This document shows, in pieces, positions 1 to 13,553 of a stretch of 64,000 nucleotides of DNA. The DNA is taken from the NCBI GenBank assembly GCA_964106915.2, contig OZ066914.1; one strand, 5' to 3'. Made by a program: the position numbers and the translations under genes. This stretch comes from Podarcis gaigeae. Taxonomy: Eukaryota. The stretch's first letter is position 1. Each line of letters opens with the position of its first letter. Under the pieces are notes generated by a model. The model did no database searches. It saw nothing but the letters and a program-made list of their open reading frames with translations, and was not told the DNA's origin.

Positions 1-1104
1 CTAATTACTACAGAAACATTAAATGAAATGCCACAGACAGTTGTCATATATTTCTGTCAGTACAAATGTATAAAGTACAATAAATGTGCACTTTAAAATC
101 TACAATCTCAAGATCAATAGCATGGTATATAGGAGCAACATATCAGGCGGTGGGGAAACACACTGAAAATACAAATCCAGCACATACATTTCAAAGTCAA
201 GTCGGCACATTCCCCAACAGACCTTGGCTGAGTCTAGACTTGCAGCAGAATGAAGTGGGTTCTTTAAACTACTGGTGGGCAATAGCACTTTTGATAGTGA
301 CCTCATACAAAGCAAAAACAAAACAACCCTCCACATATGGCCCCATGGCCTCCCCTCTCCAAGTCTGCTCTGGAGGGTAGAGTGGACTCCCAGAACAGTG
401 CATGTGGGGAGGACAGGGGAGATTTGTGCTACATTTTTAATGTAAGAAAGCAATAAAAAAATGTGATCTCCAACTAGTAATATATCATTTCATCATACTA
501 CCACACACTGCACCCTACCTTCTCATTCTGCTGAATGTGTAGACCAGGTCTCTGTTTTTTCCAAGTAAGTACAACCAGTGCTTTTTTCTGGGGCTACTCA
601 AGGCTGCACCCTACTACTGCCACCTTCACCCCCCCACACACACATGTTAAAAGTGTGGCACTTACTGTAACAACTTCAATGAAAGTACCAGCACCTTTTT
701 TTCAAACCAAACCAAACCAAACCAAAAAAAAAGCACTGAGTACAATGTCCTGAGATCCTCAAAATGGTTCCAAATGCTTCATTCACTGGCTTCTTTGGAA
801 GTGCTCTTTCATGAAACAGCAAAGGAATCTTTAGTCATTCACCAGCTTTCTTGCCAAATCAAATCACCACATCAACCTGCTGGGAACATGCTTTTCATCA
901 TTTCAGAGGACAGAGCTATGCATCATTTGTGTTCTGTGATTACGACTTTTGTTAATACCTACAAATCAGTGACTAAAATCAGAATATATTTGGAGTAGCG
1001 TGCAACTCAAGGCATCGTACGTCGCTTCATAAGACATTTAAGCAATGGTATAATTAATTACAGACTTGTGCAATTATGAACTTGAAATTGTGAAAGAAAC
1101 TTAC

Positions 1105-1212
1105 CTGAACATTAAACATGGCAATATGATGGAATTCACCACGACCACCTTGCTTAACAGGAACTGTCATAAAGAATTTATTGCCATCTTTAGAAAAAAC
1201 TGGCTCCTCATT
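1105..1212 (-). CDS. DPP10: DPP10 coding exon (108 nt, ~exon 13): [36 protein letters not shown]
   Basis: tttttatag|AATGAGGAG...GTTCAG|gtaag. Phase 0 to 0. Confidence 0.97.
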
Positions 1213-1832
1213 CTATAAAAATGAAATAGAATCAGAATTCTGAAATTTTCTGTTAAGCGCTATGCTTGCCCAAGGGATCATATTACACCAATCCTGTAGT
1301 AGCTGCACAAGTTACCAATTTACCTCCAGGCACAACTGATAGTATTGGTGGCTCCCTTTAAAGTCCTAAATGGTTTAAGTCCAAAATAACCTATGGGCCC
1401 CCACCTACCATTCATCTTGCTAACTACCTAAGATGAGAAATAGGGAGGAATACTCCTAAGGTGGAATCACATCACTATGCATGTGAAAAGCCATGTGATT
1501 CTTGCCTGGTATATTAAATTGTATTAATTAAGATCAGACAGCTGTATACACCTGACACTGCTCCTATGCACCTGTTCCAGAATATCTGCTTGAAATGCCA
1601 TCCCAATACCCTTGCGAGTTCAGTGTACTTCCAGAATTTGTAATACTTCTGCAGTTAATCCAATGCTTAAAAACCATTTTGTTTGCTTCTCTTAAATTAA
1701 CCTATAATTCATTTTCAGATTAATGGATTGACATAGTCTAGTTTAAAATGCGGACATTTACCAGCATTTTATTAACAGCCAAAGTATTAATGATATGTTA
1801 TTAATTGCTTTGAATGGAAAATGTGTAAGTAC

Positions 1833-1871
1833 CTGTTTAGAAAGCCACACTTCAGATGTAAACTCATATTT
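1833..1871 (-). CDS. DPP10: DPP10 coding exon (39 nt, ~exon 12): KYEFTSEVWLSKQ
   Basis: ctttttag|AAATATGAG...AAACAG|gtact. Phase 0 to 0. Matches the recalled DPP10 segment KYEMTSDTWLSQQ. Confidence 0.92.
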
Positions 1872-2689
1872 CTAAAAAGAAATATATATAAAGTTATAAA
1901 ATACATATACAAAATCTTGCTAATTGAAAATCATTGCATTTTGCATTTTCCTCTGTTACCTATTTAAAATGCCACACAAACAGGAATAGCAGCAGGTTGC
2001 ACTTTGAACCACATAGTTCCTATAACACAGGCAATTAAGATGGCCTTTTTTAGAGAGAGCGCGCATGCAATTTCTTTGTTGAAACACTGCCTTTTGATTT
2101 ATTTCCAGGCATCAAAGTGCTGCTGCTGACCTTTGTTTAGGATGTTGAAGAACCACTTTTCCCTGCTGGAGTCTGCTTGTCAATTGGGCTAATCTTTGGA
2201 AGCTCTCCTGTGTGTCTCAACATCCCCATAAATATGCTTATTTGAGAGTGAGGGAGGACTCTTTTTTTGGTAGCTGCACCTAGGCTTTCAAACCAGATTC
2301 CAAGGGTAACCCATGTTGTCTCCTCAGCAGTGACCTTTCAAAAGCACCCCCTTTTTTAGAAGGGGTTTTGGCTGTAAACTGCTGGAATTGGTATTAACTG
2401 TAAATATTTGAATTTTTTAAAATTGATGCATTACGTTATTATATCCTGCTGCTGTTTTAATGTTAGGTTGTAAAGTATAATTAAAAATTTTACATGTTTC
2501 TGGCTAATTTATGTTTTTATTTTCTTTTGGAAGGTGCTTTGAGCTCTTCGGAAAAAAGACAGGATACAAATATTTTAAAATAAATAAAGTAGTATCCTAA
2601 AGAAGATTAAATTAGCTACTGACCCCTCTCAGGTGCTAAGACTGGCAGGAGGGCTTTCTTTGTTGTCTCTCTGTCTCTCTCTGTCTCAT

Positions 2690-2753
<64 letters not shown>
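2690..2753. repeat. (CT)n(CA)n compound microsatellite
   Basis: Seen directly. Confidence 0.95.
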
Positions 2754-2756
<3 letters not shown>

Positions 2757-4079
2757 CCCCTGTGTGCAGGGAATAGTGGCCTGGAAGAGGGCTTTCACTG
2801 TGGAACCCCCAAATTGCAGAACTCCCTTTTCATAGAGTTGCATCTAGCATCTTCTTTGTATAGCTTTTGCTGTACGATGAAGAAACATCACTTTTTCCTG
2901 GCTTTTGACAGTTAAGGGGTTTTGATTTATGGGACCTTCTTTTGCTAATTTTGTACTGTTCTGGCAATAATGGTTTTACTTGCTTTTATAACCGTAACTG
3001 TTTTATCTGTTCCTCTAATTGCCTGTTATACCTTATAAACAACTGAATAGGTAAATTAAATAGCATGTACTCTGTACTCAGCTCTGATCTAACTCCTGGA
3101 AAGCTTTGGATTGGTCACCACTAATTTGAGTAGGAAGGCTTTTAAAACCTATGTCATTTGTTTGGGAGTGAACGTGTATTTTGATAGCTAGCATTTCAAT
3201 GTTAGTATATCGGAAGCATACAAACAACGAACAATACACCTATATACAGTGTCTTTGTAACATAGCTCTGTCACACAATATCAAATAATGTTTGGTTTGA
3301 TTTGATTAATTATTTCAGCCCATCATAACATAATATTTATTTTATGGTTCTTTTGGTTAACAATTATACATCAAAATGAAATATTTAGATTAGCTAACTG
3401 TTCAGTGAAAAAAGTGAGCAAATGCGTGTGCTTGAATAATATTTACAAAAAGTGTGTTATTAGGAAACATTTCTAAAATGCATGTAAACAGTAGTAAGGC
3501 TGAAGTTCTAAATCTCCTGCTATTTTTTATGATTCTCAGCCTTACTCTGAGAGTTGAACTCAAACATTTTGCTTAGACATAAATCACACTTATGTCAATA
3601 ACTCTGATAATGAAGAGTACTCTTGTGGTTACTAACTCTGCTGGAACACAGATTTATCTTTGGCTAAACGGCCAATTATTGCTGCTGCTGTTTGCTAAGT
3701 GCTTCCAAAGACCCTACTGAGAATCCAAATGTTTCCTTGGTGTATTGAGTTTTGGCAGGTAGAAATCTGTGTGGAACTCATGCTTCCTCTCCACACACCC
3801 AGCAGCCCTCCCTACTAGATTATCATGCCCAACTTTTGAGAGGAAGTAAAAGCATGGCAGCAGGGCAGGTGTTTGTGTGTTTTTCCATTCGGAACAATGT
3901 GTTCCACATTATTTCAACCACAAGGTGAATTCTAACTCATGGAAATAAATTGGCCTCTGGCACTGGCAGTAAAACAAGCAAACAAATTAAAAATAAGGAC
4001 CAAAAGCATGTGCTCTGCATACAGGGACAATAACTGTAAATCTATCCTATGAAAACGATAACAAAAATAAATTGCATAC

Positions 4080-4203
4080 CATGCTACAAGCACCAGTTGT
4101 CGTCTCGCACACTGTAAGGATGGACAGGTTCTGAGGTCTGTTTAACCACCGCACGACAGTTTTAGTATTGCTGACCCACTTCACCATCATTATGTAATAT
4201 TCT
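4080..4203 (-). CDS. DPP10: DPP10 coding exon (124 nt, ~exon 11): (R)[41 protein letters not shown]
   Basis: ccatag|AGAATATTAC...AGCATG|gtatg. Phase 2 to 0. Contains the WLNRxQN motif and an NLS sequon. Confidence 0.96.
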
Positions 4204-4402
4204 CTATGGTAGATAAACATTTAAAAATACAGTGGTTATATTGTCCCCACATAAGCTGTGAAATTATATCCTGCGCACTGAGATAAAGGACACTGATCCA
4301 TTATTCCACTCAGCATTATACTGGTAACAAACCACATTCCAAGAGCACATTCAGATTCAACATGCAAAACATACATAGCGAAATTATTGCACAGTGACTG
4401 TA

Positions 4403-4640
4403 CAGTGCTCCGGTTATGTACTTAATTTGTTCCGGAGGTCTGTTCCTAACCGGAAACTGTTCTTAACCTGAAGCACCATTTTAGCTATTGGGGCCTCCCG
4501 CTGCCGCCGCACCACCGGAGCACGATTTCTGTTCTCATCCTGAAGCAAAGTTCTTAACCAGAGGTACTATTTCTAGGTTAGCGGAGTCTGTAACCTGAAG
4601 CGTATGTAACCTGAAGCATATGTAACCCGAGGTACCACTG
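4403..4640 (+). mobile_element. Tc1/mariner (pogo/Tigger-like) MITE, family A, copy 1
   Basis: TA|CAGTG-CTCCGGTTA ... TAACCCGAGGTACCACTG|TA. The left TIR is slightly deleted. The body is shared with four other copies. Confidence 0.88.
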
Positions 4641-6142
4641 TACTGTATTTTACAAAATTGACATAACAATTGGTTTACTGGTTACCAGCTGTCATGTTGC
4701 TCTTAACAACTTAGGTTGCCTTATGTTTTACAGTTTTGCTTTAGGTTTTGTAACAAACAGTAGTGTTTTCAGTGATATGAAGTAGTCAGAAATAATGTAA
4801 AATGCCAAGGACATTCTGCAAACACTCTGTGCAAAAAGGGTAGCCGACAAAGCAGCACAGATACTTGCTTCCATGGAAAAAAAGAAAAGAATAATAATAA
4901 TCCCCAGCACTGTATTGCCAAATAGATTGCCTGCCTGCAAACATTTGTAGCTAAATCGGTTTTATCAGTGGTACAGAAAAATGCTCTCTCCTTCTAAATC
5001 CTTGTTAGATTGCCATGATGAAACTGTTACCAAGACCACCTAGTACAATCTGTCACGTCTAGGCAGTTCAGTACATTATTTGTGGCTACTGACAAACAGC
5101 TATCACCTATCATACTCTACTAGCTGACTCCTTACCCACCAGACCTTCTATGGGAAATGTGGGCTGTTGAGGAGGCTGCGACACTCAGTGCTAATACTGG
5201 GGGCGGGGTTAAGGTAAATGAAGGATACGCATCATTGTAACCATATTAAGTATCACTCCCAATCCACACACCCCAAGATTTCAGGGAATATCTTCACATT
5301 TTCTCTCATTTTTACAGGAAATTCCCAATGTTCAGGGGTGATGACTTTTCACCTTTCTCTTCCACATAAAAGTCTCAGAATCAGCACACCCCTAATTTAA
5401 GCTACTCTAGGAAGCTGGTTTGCAATTTTCAAGTACTGTACTGAATGAAGCAAAACTCCATTATCTTATACAATGCTACTGAAAAGACAGTGGCTTCAAG
5501 AATGCAACTCTAAGCACATTTTAGCAAGAGGATCATAGCATATGGATAACATGACATTAATGTAGATTTGATTAAATGTTCGTTATTGTTTTTACTGAAA
5601 TATATATACCTATATTTCCAAACTGTAGGAATGATGAATCACACTATGTATAGATATAGGTATAAACACACACACAGAGAGAGAGATATTTCTACAGATG
5701 TGCATGCAAAGACTGAGAGATACAGTTCAGAACAACATAGTTGAATGAATGAATTCATAGTTGAATATGCCCTGACATCTGTAGCATTTGGGAATGTTTT
5801 ACTACCCATTCCATCTGATGCTTAGCTCCTATTTGATTAGCAAGGAACTTTAACAAGTCATCTTTCTATGCATCACATACCATCTCTTTGGGAAAGTATG
5901 TTTTAGTGCTTTTCCCCTTTTAATTTGATGATTCAAATTGTTTGTATTAAAATGCATTCTAATACATTTATTAGAATAAAAAACTGTCAGAATCCAGCCT
6001 GGGTCATCCAAACCCCAGCAGCACAGAGCAAGACCAAGAAAGAAATCTTAACATACACAGTCATTAGAGTAAGGACTGTTTTCAATGTATATACAATAAC
6101 ACACAATTTCTGTGGAGTGGGGAAAGAAGAGATAGAAATTGG

Positions 6143-6146
<4 letters not shown>

Positions 6147-6195
<49 letters not shown>

Positions 6196-6204
6196 AACAC
6201 ACAC
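6147..6204. repeat. (TC)n(CA)n compound microsatellite
   Basis: Seen directly. Confidence 0.95.
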
Positions 6205-6548
6205 CATATATATGAATGGTTTATACTGCTTTAGAGCAGCAATATTCAGTAACCAGAGCATGTTTTCATAGATAAAATGGATTTTCCTAGAAATGTACAT
6301 GGTCCTCAAGGCTTCTTTAAAGAGAAGGGAAGCATCAATATTCTAGGAATTCTATAAAAACTTTATTGGAATACAAGCCTATGAGTGGGATTACCAGTTT
6401 AAAGAGAGTGTCAATTTTGGGCATTAAATATGTGAAGAATTATTTGTGTTTCCAAGTAAGAAAAGAGATGGAACAGAAACTGGCAAGCTGTAACTTAGTA
6501 GCTGTAGTCTCCTGATACTGGTTGGCTATGATGTCAAGAGAACCTGAA

Positions 6549-6929
6549 CAGAGGTGGCCATACTCTGTAATGGTCCCTTGAGCAAAATCCTCTTTTTTTG
6601 CAGGGGAGGCTCCAAATTGAGTTTGATGATATACCTGTATCCAACTACATACCTTCTGATCGGAGGTGAAATATGATTATGAAGAGAAGACGTTTAATTA
6701 AATATGATGTCTGTGTCTTCACTATGTACTATGTAGAAATCATAGATCCGTATTTATATTTAATATTAACTAACATGACAAAGCTATATTAGAATAATAA
6801 TCTAATTAACACCAGTAACTTTAAATTGGTTCAGTTCAAAATTTAAGGGTATTTGTGAGCTGGGTGTGCCCCTTAGATCCTATGGGCCCCATGCATCTCA
6901 CACCCATATGCTGTTTATGACAACCACTA
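6549..6929. mobile_element. degenerate hAT-like non-autonomous element
   Basis: Starts CAGAGGTGG and ends CAACCACTA. The flanking 8-mers aacctgaa / aatctgga match at 6/8. Confidence 0.45.
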
Positions 6930-7184
6930 AATCTGGACCAAGCTATTATGCAGAAAGGATCATACTTTAGTTCCATTGCATTGTTATGCATTGGTCATTA
7001 CAAGCCTTATAATAAAGATACAGTCTATTTAAACCCAAGCTGATAGTCCTGCTGTTTTTTCCAGCTACATGTTACTTCCAGAAAACTGCTGCAGGACTGT
7101 TATCTTAAACCGAGATTAACTTCAATTTATTTGTGCATGTAGAGAGTCACGGATTGTTAATTTTCAGATAATATAGCTGCTTAC

Positions 7185-7282
7185 CTTGATTTAAAGCCAT
7201 CTGGTGGCATGAGTTCCAATGTATGTGTTGGTCCATACAGATTGACTACGTATAACTTGACTGTTGGATTCATTTCACCTGC
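7185..7282 (-). CDS. DPP10: DPP10 coding exon (98 nt, ~exon 10): AGEMNPTVKLYVVNLYGPTHTLELMPPDGFKS(R)
   Basis: ttttcaaag|GCAGGTGAA...TCAAG|gtaag. Phase 0 to 2. Confidence 0.96.
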
Positions 7283-9220
7283 CTTTGAAAAGAATGGATG
7301 AATAAGTGTGATATGTATTTGCAGAGACACAGAGAAGAACCACAGCTGTATGTGAAAATGTTAAAAGATGGATAGCATAGCTAACCAATTGTCATTGGAT
7401 ACATACATTAGTTGAATTCATGTGTCTTAACCAAATGTTGAGAATGCCCAACCCTATGATCCCTGCTATGAGGCCATGAATGACTACATACAAGAAAACA
7501 TATATTCCTGTAGGCCTGGTGGAATGCATTACATATCCAGAGTAAAATGATTTAAAAACATGGATTTTAATCTAAAATGGGGGGAAAGAACAACTATTAT
7601 TGAAAACATTTACTTTCTGGATGGACTATTCTGACTCCTGTCTTTGTAGTTTGGGGAAGATGTGTACTGCACACACAAAACATTGTAAAAGTGGAGATCA
7701 GGCTTTCAAGTTAAGCTGTGTAAAAAGAAAGAAAAACACCTAACCTTAGTTATCACTTGCTTGCAGCCCAAATATGCTGCTGTCATGGTGCTACTTTGGT
7801 GTGTTTTTTTAATCTTCTTCGTCGCTGACTGATTCTAGCTAATCAGGAATTATATAGTGACTACATTAACAAGGCATCAGAGAGCCAATCAGGACCACTT
7901 CACGACACCACTGAGGGCAAATGAATCTCTCAGATTGTCCTTATTCTGATGGGGGATGGATGTGTCATCACTGCTGCAGAAAGCAAGCATTCTGGCATTC
8001 TTTTCTCATTGCATATGTGTTTTCACTGAAATAATTCAAGTCATAGATGGCCAGCTGCATGGCAGAATTTGGACAGAACCTGAATGTGGATGCCATCCAT
8101 ATGCATTTCATTCCTTTCACTGAAATGTCCATTTGAATGTGCGATGCCATCCCAATAATGTTGCACTGAATCAACTACATATGAGATTAGGATGAGGGAA
8201 TGTTGCCACAAGAGGGATGTGTTCTGTCTTCCCTGACACCCATCACCTTGTAAACACTTTTCACAGGGGTATGTCAAAGTTGCTGAAAAGGATTGGTGCT
8301 TTTTGTATGGGATGAAAGCATTTGTAAAAAGTGCCATGGAAACTCTATTTTGGCTCAGCAGCAGTCATAAATATTCCAGTAGTAATGAAGTGGAATACTG
8401 TACTGCAATAACAAAGTCCTTTGTCAATATTACCAGATCACTAGCTTCATAATTAATTATGGTGAATTGAAAGCTAACAGAAGTATTAAATAAAGGTAAA
8501 GGTTTTATTACCATAATTCTGCATTGCCTGTGATAAATGGAACTAGACTTTCATTTCCTCTTCCCAAAGCTTAATTTTATTGTACAGCTTGTCTTTAATT
8601 TTGTTTTCCTTTTGGCACTATAGAATAAGACATTGCTAAAGAAAACTAACAAAGCGATTCTAGAGATTATTTTTCCTGCTACTGAAAAGAAACAGGATAT
8701 TAACTGATTTATTAAGTAAAAATAGTGTTGCCATTCAGTTGTAGGCACTGTCATATCATTTAACAATTTAATTTAGTTAAATGAAATAATTGTAACTGTC
8801 AAACATATCCTATTGCATGATAATATTATTAACTTGTAATGTTTATATTAGTTTTTATTTATGATTTACTAATATTGATAGGTGAATTCAAATATTCACA
8901 GCAAAAAAATATCCTTGAAATCTTGCTGATCCAAATGCTTGTAAAAAATACCTAAAACCTCCAGATGTGCATCATATGTAGTTATATTAATATATTAAGT
9001 TATTTTGTCCTATACTAAACAAAAGAGCTTTTGTTTTATTCTTTAATCCAGAAAAGAACAAAGCTTTTGTAGCTTTTTGAGAAAACAGTGTGTACAGTAA
9101 TTTCTGTAAAAACCATGACAACAAAAAATGGCTTCCTTTCCTTTTTGAAATAACTGTTTTGGTAACACTGAACACTATACCTTATGCAAGTAATGAAGAT
9201 TGTATGTAAAGTTTCCTTAC

Positions 9221-9375
9221 CTTTGGATAAGGGTACTGTTTTCCTCTGGGATACAGGAATCCAGTAAACCGGGGAATAACCATGTTTGGTACCAATGAGT
9301 CGTTTATCATAAGAAATGCCAGCCTCTCTCCATCAGGTGACCACCAGTGAGTTATGTGAGAATGAAGGAGCTCCT
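9221..9375 (-). CDS. DPP10: DPP10 coding exon (155 nt, ~exon 9): (E)[51 protein letters not shown]
   Basis: cctcccccag|AGGAGCTC...CCAAAG|gtaag. Phase 1 to 0. Contains WWSPDG and an NDS sequon. Confidence 0.97.
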
Positions 9376-10054
9376 CTGGGGGAGGGGAGGGAAAATGTTC
9401 TTAAAACCCATGAAATTAACAATTGGCATATATAATTCAGATCCCAATCTGAGGGAAGAATCCTAATCCACTGGCTGCCCACAACAGTTTCACCACTTTC
9501 TCCACTGTCGTCTAAAGCCTGATTGAAGATTGCTTTATATACACATTTTGCTGCTGTTGACAAACTTCCTACTGTTAAAAGTAAATCAAACAGAGCAAAC
9601 AGACAATGCTACATTATTTTGTACCAGTTAGGCCATAGCACAGCCAGGAGGCCGTGATTTTGTATATTCAACTAGATTAGTACAGTTTTGAAATCTGTTC
9701 TTCAATATCTCAAAAAAAAAAATTTTTTTTACTGCCAAAAGGCTTTTCTTTTCCTTTTTTGTAGATCTCTTTCTCAGAATACTTAGAATTTCTGTGATTG
9801 TGGGGTTTCAGCTTACTTTATTCTTTCGAGCTGACCAAGGCGGTGTGTCTGTTTCCTCTCCAGTAAACCTTTCTGCAGTCTCCTTAGCTGCTCACACTTC
9901 CTGATCTGAAAACACTCAATTGGAGGAGTAACCTCATGATATCTATACCTAGTCTTCATCTGTGGAAAGCTGGAGAGGCTGCAGAGTGAAGACCACTGGT
10001 GGGATGATTTAATGAATGAAAGAAACAGACACCTGAGGATTTCATTGACACTCA

Positions 10055-10097
<43 letters not shown>
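10055..10097. repeat. (CT)n(AT)n compound microsatellite
   Basis: Seen directly. Confidence 0.95.
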
Positions 10098-10701
10098 GAA
10101 GTGGCTATCTCCTACCATAGTCTTGTGAAAAATATAAATTGAGATGCTGCAGGAAGAAATGTAAAATGCCAACAGCTTTTTAGCTGCCTTGCATGAACCA
10201 CAATTTCTAATGCTTGTCTTTATAACCACAGATTACTTCCAGGGCACTGTTGGGTCCCTTATTATTCTGCATCCCTATATTTATTTGTATCAGAATAGTT
10301 ATATGCAACCAAAGTATAATATTTGTGATGCAATGCAAAACTAATAGTCATATTTATAAGTTGAGCATAATCATATACAATTTCTGCAAATATGCCAATG
10401 AAAAATAGGTGGAGTAATTTTCAGGGCTGTTATGCAAAATAATGTATGTTCTTGTTTTGTTCTCTTCCCCATACAATAGTTTTCTTCTTGAAACAAGAAA
10501 ATAAGGATTTTGACAATTTAAATGATCACAAACAAAAGCTTATATATAGGCATCCCTTTGTTATAATGCAGACAATTTTGCAAGAAAATATTAAAAAGAA
10601 AAATCAACAGCATTGTCCTATAATGAACAGATTGTTCTCAGAAAAAATGAATGCATGTATGTCCTCTGCATTTCTAATAAAGTTGCATCTGTGCAATTTA
10701 C

Positions 10702-10822
10702 CTTCATATAACCAGTCTGCAATTCCATTAAATACAATTCCTTCTTTTCCAGACGATGTTAGTCGCAATGAGCTACTCTTTACATCAGGCTGGTAGTAGA
10801 TGTTATTTTCAAAAATGTAAAT
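10702..10822 (-). CDS. DPP10: DPP10 coding exon (121 nt, ~exon 8): IYIFENNIYYQPDVKSSSLRLTSSGKEGIVFNGIADWLYE(E)
   Basis: aatttag|ATTTACATT...TATGAAG|gtaaa. Phase 0 to 1. Contains the NGIADWLYEE motif. Confidence 0.97.
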
Positions 10823-11644
10823 CTAAATTAAGTAAGAGGGGAAAAGGTTTAATGCAGAAGCTAATGAATATTTTCAAGTTCAGTGACAGGGGGAAAAATA
10901 TGCAGTTTAATAATATTATGTACTATAAAGGATAACTCTTTCTAGTTTTCCACCAGCCATTTCCTTCCATTTACTGCTTTTTATTGTGATGTAGATTCCA
11001 GACATTACCAGAATGTGTAAATGGATAGAAGCTGAATAACGCACATTCACATTCACCCTGTTGACCCTCTCACAACTCCAAAATATTCTCATTCATCTAC
11101 ATAGCAAATGTTGTTTTGCTTCATGCTGTTCCTGAGAGGGACCAAGATAGTAGGCTGTATGCTGAAATAGGACTGAAACAGAAGGACATAGCTGATATCC
11201 ACAAGCTAAAGCTTATTTTGCTATTTCATCGTCTCTATATTCTAGTTTTCTGGAAGTCCTACAACCTGTGTTACGGCCACCCAGCTGTGTCAGCTGTCCT
11301 GCTGTCATTGTTGGACCATAAATATTCAATCTATTAGTGGAGCTGAGAGCTGTTAGTACACAGTAGACCTAATGCACTTTACAGTTTAGTTGCTGAATAT
11401 CCCGCCCCTCTGTGAGCTGGGCCCAGCAAATCCCCTCAGAACCCACCTCATCAGAGCAGCTCCCTCTGCCTCTCCCTCCCTTGCAGCTGGGCCCCAGCTC
11501 CAACCACGTCACAGCGGAGTGACCCAGCAGCGAAATGTGTAGCCTCACAAGAAACAGGAAGGCAAGGGAGAATGTGCAGTCATTTCCTAACCTCGCCCCA
11601 TGATATTCGGGTCAGCTTATATTCGGGTCAGCTTATACTTGATA

Positions 11645-11869
11645 CAGTGGTACCTCGGGTTAAGTACTTAATTCATTCCGGAGGTCCATTCTTAACCTGA
11701 AACTGTACTTAACCTGAAGCACCACTTTAGCTAATGGGGCCTTCTGCTGCCGCTGCGCTGTTCTCATCCTGAAGCAAAGTTCTTAACCTGAAGCACTATT
11801 TCTGGGTTAGCGGAGTCTGTAACCTGAAGTGTATGTAATCTGAAGCGTATGTAACCTGAGGTAACACTG
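11645..11869 (+). mobile_element. MITE family A, copy 2
   Basis: TA|CAGTGGTACCTCGGGTTA ... TAACCTGAGGTAACACTG|TA. Has a small internal deletion relative to the other copies. Confidence 0.9.
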
Positions 11870-13444
11870 TATAAGGTATCTTTTACAGTCTCTTACTATT
11901 TTACTCTCTTTTGGACTCAAAGTTACTCATTAAAGTTGTCCTTTCCTATGTGCTTGTAAACAGCAGCCACAAACAGCTGTGTTTCCACAGAACTTAATTA
12001 CTTTTTATAATGTAATTGCATAACAGAAAAGAACATACTAGCGATAGTGTAAAAAACAATGCACTTCTGATACTTTAAAAATACACAGGTATCTATCACT
12101 ATAATCAGTTTAGGAGAACACAAAATCTTCTCATCTTTACACATAGCAGTATAACCTTCGCTCCTTCAGCTCAAACACTCAGGGCTTCTGGGGCACAGCA
12201 CTCCCACAGAGAATGTCAAGCAATTTTGGTTTAAAGAAACATGCCCCCTAAAGCTCAAAGCAATACAGTCTTTCCTATCTCACACACACATTTTATACTT
12301 TTATTTGAACATTTCTATCAATCTATTGTTCTCTGGCCAATCAGGTCTATACAGCACTCAGTGCATCCAAATCCCAAAGTACAGAATGACCCAATTTCTA
12401 AACAAGAGGAATGTATTTAGAAGGACTTTAAATGATTTCAACTTTTTGAATAAATCCATGAGAGGCACTGTTAAATAAATGAGAGGACTGTTAAATCAGT
12501 AGTTCTACAAATATTAAATAAAAGAAGTGACAGCATCCAGTTTTAGGAAAGATGTGAAACTCATGTAATAATTAAAATAATGAAAGGCTACATAACCTAC
12601 AGGCATGAAATGGAAGTGTTGCTTGTTTCTCTAGCCGTCTAAAAATATTACTACGTATATTAGATTGTAGCCCCAAGGTATAAGATTCACAGGTTTAAGA
12701 CTGAATGTTGTGTAAGCAGACTTCTACCTGTGCCGTGGGACTTCACCTTCCCCTCCTTCCCCACTGTACCCCCAAAATCTGCCCTGGAAGATCTTCCAAA
12801 GATGAGAAATCCATTCCACCAATTATGTCCATTCTACTGGTGGGCACTGTTGAACTGCACCCAAAAGTAGTACTGTATGTTATTTATAGGGCTAATGAAG
12901 ATAATATTCAATATTTATTTTTAATACTAATCTCAGATACCAATCTACTCAATAAAAGAATTGTTTTCTGTTTCTCTACTCCTGTATCATCTTGGAAAAG
13001 ATGCAAACCATTCATAAACTTTCACTTAAAAGTTCTATTAGCTATGCTATGACTTATCAGATCCACATAAACATGCTATCTGCTGGAGAGAATCTTGCAC
13101 CCACTTTGCTCCTCCGTGGTCCTTTTAGCATGGACAGCATGCTGCAACAGCTAAGCCAAAGTCTGACTGAACCCTGGATTGTGGGGTTAAGGTCTCTCCT
13201 TCCCAAACACAATCATGAGTGGTGGTGGAAGAGTGTGTACTCACTTTGCTCCTCTTTGGGAGCAGGCTAAGAATGGCTGACTCTTGGACCATGCCAGCTG
13301 AATTTGCTCCCTTTTGGCTGCTCATCTATTTATATTAGCTGGCTTGAATTGCACTGCCAACCTGCACAACACAAGGAAAAATATGCTACCTGACCAAGAA
13401 ACTAAAGCCAAAGACTAAGTAGGATTTTTTTTTAAAGTCGCCCT

Positions 13445-13553
13445 CTGTTATGGGACTACAATTCCCATCATTCCTGACCACTGGTCTTGCTAGCTAGGAA
13501 TGTTGGAAGTTGTGGTCCAAAAACAGCTGGAGACCCAAGTTTGGGAAACACTG
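13445..13553. mobile_element. hAT (Charlie-like) palindromic MITE, partial; same family as 27862-27997
   Basis: Shares ACCACTGGTC(T/C)TGCTAGCTAGG and CAGCTGGAGACCCAAGTTTGGGAAACACTG with the 27.9-kb copy. Confidence 0.8.

Noticed and set aside
4403-4640. TAACCTGAAG repeats read as a CRISPR-like repeat-spacer array
   Set aside because: The context is eukaryotic, the spacing is irregular, the spacers are shared between copies, and the unit is bounded by TIRs and a TA duplication. It is a MITE.
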